A stretch of DNA of 64,000 nucleotides, taken from contig OZ316900.1 in assembly GCA_973895155.1 (NCBI GenBank), positions 62,001 to 126,000 of the forward strand, in the 5' to 3' direction. This document shows positions 50,165 to 64,000 of this stretch, piece after piece. Below the pieces are notes generated by a model that did not search any database, was not told where the DNA came from, and worked only from the letters and a program-made list of their open reading frames with translations. Origin of the DNA: Marsupella aquatica. Taxonomy: Eukaryota > Plantae > Marchantiophyta. Every line of letters starts with the position of its first letter. Position 1 is the stretch's first letter. A program made the position numbers and the translations under genes.

Positions 50165-53100
50165 ATTTGTTGGCTTTTTCTTTTATTTATTGTGACCGAA
50201 ATGAATTACGTAGTAATGGCATAACTGAAAGATTGGTCATCTTGGATTATCCGTAAAATTACATAATAAACTCACCGGGAGTAAGACGAAGGGAGTAAGA
50301 CGAAGGTCCTGATTCAACAGATAACTGGCCGCACTCCTTGGGGATTTACGATTGGAGCGCTTCGCGAAAGGGGGCGCGTAGCACTCGATCAGAGGGAGAG
50401 CGCTTTACCGTTAGAGGGCGCGACGAAAGAAACACTACGTGCCGCCGCCTTCTCTTCTCAGCCATTTCGGCGAAGTGCGCGGAAATCTACGAGCCATTTC
50501 CGACCTCTCGGTCCTTCGTAAACTCGACCCCTTCTTCCTACAAGCGCTGTTCCTCCGGTCAAGTGCTTGCTGCGCACCTGCCCCCTAAGCCGAGGGCTTC
50601 GGTTATGATAGAAAATTCGTAAAACTGAAGGTACTGTAGAGGCAGGGCCTTGGTAGCCTTATCAAAGTCCGGTGAGACACTCCGCCACTTCTTTAGCCTT
50701 TTCGAGCTTATCATGTAAATCGGGCAAAGACTCGAAGTCATTCACTTTGATCTCTATCCCCCCCTCCCAACGCGGAGTGAGCGGCAGCTCGCACCGCTGA
50801 TTTCGTGCTCCATCCGTTTGATAATGAGATCCGAGATTGTACTCGGTCTACAGACTGAATAACTTCTACATAGATATGACCCAATCATAATATCCATAAA
50901 ACAGAAGACCCGGGCGTGGATCAATCGGTAACCGAGTTCTAATAACCAGGTGCCTAGTTCCTTAGTGTCCCGGATTGCTGCTTAATAGCATCCAAACGAG
51001 TTTTCGGGGCTTGGAGTATGATTCTAGGTGATGAGTTTTGCACCTTATGGGAAATTTCGACGGGTACACCAACGCTCATAAGCCGGGTAAAGCGCTCTAC
51101 GACGTTCAACGTCATGACCGTCTCTGGATCCTGCTGCGTTTACTTGAACGCCCACGCAAGCATCAATACCTACTACCAGCTCGTCCTGGGACCACGGCCA
51201 ATGGATTCAGACCTGGGCACCGGTCCCAGAGAGGTTTGCAGCCGCTCCATAAATTTTAGTATATATCTGGCGCCGGAGACATTTCTGCCGTGTCCAGTTT
51301 CATATCCCGGCCCCGCACAACCTCCACCAGGAGTTGACAGGGGAACCGGGACGACTATCCGGTCCGCTATGTAGTTGAAGATCCTTTGGCTAAAGCCGCC
51401 AGTGGAGGAAGAAGCGCCAATAAGCGCGCGTTACCGGCTACCTATCATAGTATTTCCGCGGACATAGCCTCTTCTAAATTATGTTCTTCCGGTGTCGTCC
51501 CGACTGCCTGTTTGAACGTGGATAAAGGGTAAACTGTCGGAAATCAAAATAAGATTACCGATCGATCAGGTGGGTGGGTTCGGGGCTCGTATGCAACTCC
51601 CTGAGAGTTGTGGTAATGGTATTTTCTGTACCAATACATGTTATAAGAGGGGGCAAGCTTTCTTTGTTGCCCCAGGCCTCCTCGTTCAATTGAAGCTTTT
51701 TTGGGCGCGATTAATCGGATTAATCCCCAAAATACAAGCTCGTAGGGATCTTATTTGGTCGGGATCGCTGTTCGTGAAATCCGTTATAAATAACTACGGG
51801 CATTCGTAACCATTCCATTCGGGGCAATGGGACAAATAATAATGGAAAAAAACGAGTCTTGCAAGAGGTTGGAAAGCATAATCCGTTTTTAACCAAAGCG
51901 GTTTGCTAGGGGCAAAACCACAACAAACACGGCTGATGATAAAATACCAGCCGGAGACACGTGGATTATCTCAGGCAACAGCCCGAGAATCGGCAAAATG
52001 AAAAACCAGTAAACATTCATTTTATATTACGTTTTACTCACGGGTTCCTGAGATCCGCGCGATGGGGGGCAGCTTGCGTTACCCCTGAGATTTAAGCGGC
52101 GTACAGCTTCAAACCGCTTGTATTGAACCTTTTCTCGATGGTGCGTATGACGCGGCGTGGGTCTTTATTCCGTTGCTCGAACCAACCTCGGTCAACAAAA
52201 TTTTTAGCCGGACCCTTATGTCTAATTTCATATTGATTTTCTTTATTTTTTCATCCGCAAACGGAGCCATGAAATGGCTATAATCTCGAAAGATTCCTAT
52301 CAATAGATATTATCCGAAACTGGATCCTCAAGGATAAGATTGCTAGTAAAAAAGGAATCCGTGTCTTTATAATGGCAGTTTCCACCCCCAATGCAGGGAT
52401 ACATAGGAAGACGGGCGTGTGCCATTGTAGCCGCGGCGGCTATTTGAATAGCAACATTGGATTGGACACACTTCTTTTTTTTTAGTTGGGCCGCTGCCGC
52501 ATCGTTTAAAATCTCCGACTGCCAATCAATCGTAACTCGTCCATGTATGTGATTAGAAATTTTTTTTTTCTCGTCTGAGAGGTTTTTGAATTCCTGAGAA
52601 TTCCAAAGGATTCAAAAGTTTACCCCGTATGTATGTTCGACTTACCGAAAAATTAGGAATTTGCGATAGGCTGGAACAATTGCCAATCTATGTATATTAA
52701 CCAACGGATTGAACAAGAGCGAAAACAGGTGCTTCACTTTGTTATATTACGATCTTTCAAGAAAAGATTTGGGAGGTTTGTCAACTGGGGGATTATAGAA
52801 TCTTGCCGATTCAGTGGGTATAGAACCTATAAATAAATCTGACTTGGATCGATAAAAAAAATCCCGAGACGCGCTTGAGCAACTGCGCGATTTGTATGTT
52901 AAATATTCTGCGGATGACGCTAATAAACTGGTTTCAATCTATATATCTTTTGCGAATCTGGTGCGCCGGGTTCAGAATGAAGTGATTGGAATTCCAATAG
53001 AAGATTGCATTACCCAGAGTGAGATTCCAATGACCATTGGCAGTTCGGTGGCACTTACTTCGTAAAAGTGGATTTACAGTCAAGGGTCCAATAAGATTTA

Positions 53101-54857
53101 TTTTGCCATAAGGTAGATAAATTTGGGTGTTTTCGTTTTCGATACAAATTATATGCATGTAAATGTTCATTAATACTGTTTCACTGTTCCAGATTTATGT
53201 TGAGCAATGTCAAAATTAGAATGCAATTCCGAAAACAAAGATAAATTACTTCATTTATTTTTGTAAGCCAGATTGAAATTTATCTTTGTTCCTTCCCACG
53301 TCAAACTATTCACAATTCAGCATTTCCGGCAAGGCGGGAGAGCCCCCCCCCCCCACTCATACGGCTATTGATTCGCAGAGTTGTTATGGAACCGCACTTA
53401 GGGATTTCATACTTTGTGTCGGGTTACCAACCATTTACAGGTTGGACCCGAACCAAGTGCTGGGTCTTGCTTAAGAATTAAATTTGCTCAACAGCATCGC
53501 GGGAGCCCACACAAACAGTCCTAGCCCTTCCTCCGATTTTGTAAATAATATCATATAGATATATGAATAAATAAAATATCGATATATTTATTTATTGCAG
53601 AAAAGCATAATGAGCGTATATATGCGGCATGGTTTACAAAATTATTAAATATTAATACTGTTGTACCGTCATTTTACAATCTATGCGTCCCATTGACTAA
53701 TATCATTCAGTATTTCTAATCGGGGGCGGGAAAGAAAAAAGCGTTAACCCAGTAATAGATTGGCGAGTGTGAAGTGCTTCATTAATCATCCATGGACCCG
53801 GAGCCTTTGCTGTATTACTGCATGCAATACAGTTTTAATTAAACGCCTCGACTCCTCTCGAGCTCGTCCACCAACTTTATCGCCATTTGCTAGAACGTGA
53901 GTCTATGTTTTGATAAGTTCGATTGTTTCTCTATACTCCGTCTGCAACTATTGCCTCTAAGCATTGATCGATATCCGCGCACTTATTATGTTTATCGGAG
54001 GAATATAAGCCACTAGTTTGAGATTGAATAATGCGTTATGAAAGTGATAATGCCATTATGTATTTGCTTTGGGAGTAGGACGAAGTGGCTAGAAATGTGT
54101 TTGATGTGGCGAAGGTCTCGCCGAGTGGAAACAGTTTCATTGATTTGTCTGTGAGTGACTACGTTAGTGTAAATGAGATGTTGTGGGCCAGGGAGGGCTG
54201 TGGGACAGTGGACTATCGCGGCCGCGACGCGCCTCCTCATATTCAGCCGTTTTCGGCATGTTCTGCAAGTTATTGAATCGCGTACCCACGTAGCGATTGT
54301 GAGCGAATAAGTATCGAAAATGGGCTTTCCGAGAATACATAACCTCTTAAATTAAGGCGCGTAGCGTTTGTAAAGTGTTTTAGTTTTGTACAGGGAAAAA
54401 TTAAAAATAAGGTACTTTAAGAGCCTGAATGGTAGAAAAGGTAGAAAATTGCCAGCGTCAGAAAATATTACCAGATCCGTTCTTCTCATCGGTGCTGGCC
54501 TCGATCATCGGTCCATTTCGGCTTACCATCGGCGGGCATTTTCTCCGTCATCGAAAAGGGATACAAGGAATTGGAATCATAATAAGGTAAACATCCGTAT
54601 GTCCACCATAAAAAGCGTTTCTTAGGGTCTTCCAAGGCCTTCTCCGGGAACTTTTAGCATAATAGATAGTTAGAGCGAAAAATCTTCGTAATGACTAAGG
54701 CTAAAACAGACAAATGACCTTGTTATATATGCGCCAAACTTATGAGATGTTGAGCTTTTTGCATAACATCGGCCCCGGGTCCATTTTATTACCTTCATCC
54801 CTGCCCCGTGCTTTCCCTACGACATGAGGAGGGGGGGGCGAAGCTATATGCTTCGCC

Positions 54858-57432
54858 CTAATTTCCGCCCCACCAATATATAGAAACGAAGGGAAAAAGC
54901 CATACAACATCGACAAAATGCCAATAAAAAGCGGCTGCTTCAAAGCCAAAGTGATGCTTCGGGGTAAAATGACCCAGATATTGACGAATCCCACATATTA
55001 TTAAGAAAATAGTACCTATAATGACATGAAATTGAGATAGGTAGGCTCTTTCAAGCTTCCCCCCCCTAAGAACCGCACGTGCGAGTTTCCCCGCATGCGG
55101 CTCAAGCAACGGAGAGTTAGTTCAGGCCCCGGTTAACCTGGGCCCGCGACTCGACGACTGTTGGTGCGCTTTGCGCCCATGATGCACTATGCTATCACCA
55201 AAGTGTTCTGTAACTCTGCGAGTTGGTTATGCCGCAACTGCGCGATTGGCCGATATTTACACGCGCACTGCTCGTAGTTATTCACCCGAATTGCGCGTGG
55301 TGAGTGGCTTTCTCAGTGTTTCGTCACTCAGGATTCAGGTCAGCACCGAAGGCGAAATGTAGATTGTTCTAGACCGGTAGAGTCAGCCCTACGACCCCCT
55401 GGGTAGAGTGTGGCGCCCGATAGGGGGGGTAGGGGCCGCCGCCTACTTCGATTGGCTTTTTGAATCGTCTTCTGCCCATTGGACGGTATCCGATCTCACG
55501 ATCAAACCTCCCGACGCCGGGGAGCCCATTGGGTTTACCCTGTTGACATTTCGACTCTAATGCAAGGTTTCAGATCCCGTGCTATACTCCGGTGATCATT
55601 TGCCGATCGGGGCACGCACCGATTCACCGTGTCCCAAATCACATCCGGCCCCCCTACTCAATGAAAACTCGTCGTAGGTGCGGTTTTACGGAACGTCCTT
55701 GCACAGTTCACTTGCGTTGATCAGTAGCCTTGGCACTCCCAGCGGGTTGTATGCTATATCATAAACTTTTTACTTTGTCCCTCACGCTTCGAGCCCTCTC
55801 CGTTTCCAGGAGCGCAGGGTGAGGTAGGAGCATCCCGTCGGCGGGGATGGCGATATAGTCCGGTGGGCTATACGCATTGTCTTATGTCCTTCAAGTCGCA
55901 CAACCATGAAACCCTGTGGCTAAAAAAAACGTAGAACCATAAATTCCATCAGAAATAGTGGAGGGGGCCTCTATATATTCAATTCCTTGAAACCCAGTAA
56001 AGACTAAAGCCAGTAAAACGGTAGCTATTAAAGCGTAAACTGCTTGTTGTTTTAAACCGGCGAGTATAGCATGATGAGCCCAAGTTACGGCAGCTCCAGA
56101 TGAAAGTAGAATAAGGGTATTTGGAAAAGGAATTCCCCAAGGATCTAAAACAGAAATACCTTTTGGGGGCCAGATAGCTCCGATCTCAACCGTAGGTGCC
56201 AGAGAAGAATGGAAGAAAGCCCGAAAGAAAGCTAAAAAAAACATGACTTCAGAAACGATGAAGAGAATCATACCATAGCGAAGTCCTAATTGGACCACAA
56301 ATGTATGATGTCCTTCGTAGGTGGATTCACGTACGACATCGCGCCACCATACAAAGTAGGGGTCAGTCGGGTCTTTCAACACATCTGCCCTCCGAACCGT
56401 ACGAGAGGCTTTCACCTCAAACAGCTCTCACCTTCGATCTCCACTTATAACTATGAACTTTAAATCTTATGATTCAAATCTCTATGGGAGGGACCATCCG
56501 AAGGCGTTGTAGCATAAATTTACTAGCTTACCTGAGATGGATTCATAACTAAATGCCGGGATTACTCCCAGCCAGGATAAGCTTGATTCTGTTCCGAATA
56601 ATGGAGATACGAACGCGGACGGACCATTCGACTTTATGGGCGGCTGATTGGCCGCGCCGCTGAGACGAGACAATGTCTCGACATCCAACACCTCTACGGT
56701 AGAACAGTGCGATCGATAGCTAGGCTCCTTGACTGCCAGGCTGGACTGCCACATCCGAAGCTATTACGAGCCCTCCGAACCCCATCACCCGATGGGTTAT
56801 TTCCCCGACTCAACATAGTACTTATTTTTGTGTCTTTGGGGAGACAATGATCCAGAAGGGTTTAGGCCCCTGCGCAATTAGCTGATCTCTCAGCTAGTTC
56901 CTTGTCGGAGTGCCCCACGGTCTTTCAGGTACTGTACACACACCATGTATTGTGGACCGTTTCAGCCTCCGAGGCCTACTTACCGTGCTCTTGCCGTAAT
57001 ATTCTGCTTGAGACAGGAGGAGCTATGTGACGCGAGCATTGCGTATCAAGTTAGTTATCCTAGCCCTACCTCCTGCTCTTTCAGAGCATCTTAGCGGTGG
57101 CAGCCCCACAGTTCTCTGATTGAAACTTGCTGCTTCCAAGTAAGCCATGTTACTATGGCTCATCTGCAAGTTGAGCCTGTGTCCTAGCTTATAAGCTAGC
57201 CTGAACGGCACAGAAAAGAGTGGATAGCTCCTCCTGTCGTACGATGTATCTCCGGGCGCACCATGGTATATAAGATCATTCCCAAGCCTAAACAAAGAAG
57301 TGTTCCGCCTCCCGTGAAAGAGTGCATGTACATAACACCACCAATAGTGCTTGCCAAGGCTCCGAGTGAACCCAAAAGAGGCCATGGGCTGGGATCTACT
57401 AAATGAAAAGGATGTTTTTGAGAGACACTCAT
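54858..57432 (-). CDS. cox3: Cytochrome c oxidase subunit 3; exons 57432-57262, 56355-55902, 55030-54858
   Basis: Exons join to 798 nt (265 aa): [18 protein letters not shown]...TGFHGFHV...YWHFVDVVW. Confidence 0.97.
55031..55901 (-). mobile_element. Group II intron cox3i625, no ORF
   Basis: GTGCGACTTGAAGG start. DV GAGCCGCATGCGGGGAAACTCGCACGTGCGGTTC. Ends CTCAAT. Confidence 0.93.
56356..57261 (-). mobile_element. Group II intron cox3i171, internally deleted paralogue of cox1i178
   Basis: The 5' part aligns with 15256 onward and retains the ORF remnant [10 protein letters not shown]. Ends CGACTGACCCCTAC like cox1i178. Confidence 0.93.
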
Positions 57433-57436
57433 AATT

Positions 57437-57542
57437 GGTATTTTGTTTGCTTTTTAGTCTAATTTATTGGATACCCAAGAAACATAATCATTCGAATAAA
57501 AAGCTTCTACGACAATAGGCATAAAAGCATGATTAGTTACAC
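57437..57542 (-). repeat. Tandem duplicate of the cox2 3' end and downstream flank
   Basis: Near-identical to 57618-57723 (offset 181 nt). Lies directly before the cox3 ATG. Confidence 0.9.
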
Positions 57543-57634
57543 CGCGTAGGTTTTGAGAGATGAAACAGTCAAGCAAGTCGGCGGGGATCAAACGCACGGA
57601 AAAGCAAAATGGAAGACGGTATTTTGTTTGCTTT

Positions 57635-62551
<4,917 letters not shown>

Positions 62552-62651
62552 TCAGCGCTTCCCCATGCATAGCCCGGAGACAAAACAAATTTGCTGGACG
62601 AAAAAAGAAATGGTTAAAGCTGCGTAGTAGCGAGCGAAATTTGGCCATGGC

Positions 62652-63398
62652 TCAGTGTTGGTTAGAGGGGGCTAGTTGCCTCCTATAAACTCGTATAATC
62701 GATGCGTAAAAAATGGTCAACTCTATTATAAAATAAATAGGTAAGCAAGCGACGATTTGACACCAGATATCCGGAGGTGTAAAAAAAGCTGCTACGAAAA
62801 GCGAAAAAACCATGAAAAAACGACGATTTTTTATAAGGGTTTTCACTCCTCTCGATTCCAGCAAACAAATCACAAGTACAGGTACTTGAGAGCATATTGA
62901 TGAAATAAATAAGATACGAACGGTTAACATAATATAGTCAAAAATCTTAGGTTGTGACTTTATTATAAGTAAATTAGTTGATGTTGTATTTAATTCGTAT
63001 AAAAAGTGCCAAACGTTGGGAACTACCCAAACAAAAGTCACGAGAAAAAACAGAAAGAAGCAAAAACCACTTAAGTAAAACAATTTATTGTATTTCTGTC
63101 TCTGTTCTTCATAGCAACTGGGCATCAAAAAACACCAAATTTGATAACCCAGGAAAGGAAATAGAAAGTAAAAGCATGATATTAAAGACGTAGTAACATA
63201 TGTGCTCAAGGCCTCCGTTAATTGTGTACAAATGAAAGATAAGTCTGAATAAGGCAAACTAGGAAAGGGTTTAGCTAATAGAAAAATGAACTCTTCCGAG
63301 AACCAATAACACGTAAACCATGTAAAACTAGAGCAAATCAATATCCAAAAAAAACGAATTCGAACTTCCTCCAAAATAGTTTTTAATACAAAATTCAT
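62652..63398 (-). CDS. tatC: Twin-arginine translocase TatC (MttB)
   Basis: 248 aa hydrophobic protein; [33 protein letters not shown]. Confidence 0.93.
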   Translation of the reverse strand: MNFVLKTILEEVRIRFFWILICSSFTWFTCYWFSEEFIFLLAKPFPSLPYSDLSFICTQLTEALSTYVTTSLISCFYFLFPFLGYQIWCFLMPSCYEEQRQKYNKLFYLSGFCFFLFFLVTFVWVVPNVWHFLYELNTTSTNLLIIKSQPKIFDYIMLTVRILFISSICSQVPVLVICLLESRGVKTLIKNRRFFMVFSLFVAAFFTPPDIWCQIVACLPIYFIIELTIFYASIIRVYRRQLAPSNQH

Positions 63399-63602
63399 TA
63401 TATTTCGTCATGTGTTGAACCTGATCAAAACCAGGAAAACGCAAAGCAAAAAAAAATATTTTTTGTTTGTTTTATTCCATCGGACCCTTTCCCTCCTTTC
63501 GGCCTCCATTCGCGATGCGAATAAAGCGGGAGAGGAGAAAGAAGCAAGCTTCTTTCTTCTCTGGAATTCACTTTTTTTTTGCGAAATGGTTAGTAATGTG
63601 CC

Positions 63603-63676
63603 GCATTCTTAGCTCAGTTGGATAGAGCAACAACCTTCTAAGTTGAAGGTCACAGGTTCAAATCCTGTAGGATGCG
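63603..63676 (+). tRNA. trnR: tRNA-Arg(UCU)
   Basis: GCATTCTTAGCTCAGTTGGATAGAGC, anticodon loop CTTCTAA, GGTTCAAATCC. Confidence 0.95.
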
Positions 63677-63822
63677 TAAGGTGTGCAATGAATAATAGAT
63701 ATCAACGGTACATCCTTCTACTTGTTCGATCAGTCCATAGGAACAACGGTACACGCGTGGATTGACCTATTTTTCGTCAGAGTCCCATTGCACCGCCGGA
63801 AAATAGAAGCTTACTCATCATA

Positions 63823-63905
63823 GGGAGAGTGGCCGAGTGGTTAAAAGCGACAGACTGTAAATCTGCTGAAGGTTTTCTACGTAGGTTCGAATCCTGTCTC
63901 TCCCA
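63823..63905 (+). tRNA. trnY: tRNA-Tyr(GUA)
   Basis: GGGAGAG/CTCTCCC acceptor, loop CTGTAAA, long variable arm, GGTTCGAATCC. Confidence 0.96.
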
Positions 63906-64000
63906 AGTATACTTCGTATTTGAAAAATGGAGGCGAAGCACATGTTTTGTGCTTAACCCTTCATGCAATTGAATAGAGTGGATAAATATATATATATATA

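Noticed and set aside
52680-53160. Plus-strand frame with few stops in the nad1-cox3 spacer
   Set aside because: Four stops in about 160 codons and no motifs; too weak.
53340-53420. Scrambled domain-V-like words
   Set aside because: The two halves are in the wrong order and cannot form DV.

Overview
A 64 kb segment of a liverwort mitochondrial genome. The + strand carries rrn18, trnM, rrn5, rrn26 (one group II intron), trnfM, atp4 and cox1 (8 exons, 3 group II and 4 group I introns). The - strand block carries atp1, nad9, a free-standing reverse-transcriptase-like ORF (rtl), cob (3 introns), nad1, cox3 (2), cox2 (2) and tatC. trnR(ucu) and trnY(gua) follow on +. Many codons need C-to-U editing to restore conserved residues. 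Several introns I recall from Marchantia are absent (cox1i395, cox1i624, the atp1 introns, rrn18i1065). That points, by inference only, to a non-Marchantiopsida liverwort, possibly Treubia/Haplomitrium-like. Main leads: (1) a decayed superfamily-2 helicase with motifs I, Ia, Ib, II, V and VI in order in the cox1-atp1 spacer; (2) rtl fused in frame to a duplicated nad9 5' end, and still open despite two repeat-derived insertions; (3) a GIY-YIG endonuclease remnant in cox1i1305; (4) a modular short dispersed-repeat family in introns and ORFs; (5) two regularly spaced arrays of short motifs; (6) tRNA-like elements just 5' of both large rRNAs. All motif calls and alignments were made by eye; no searches were run.
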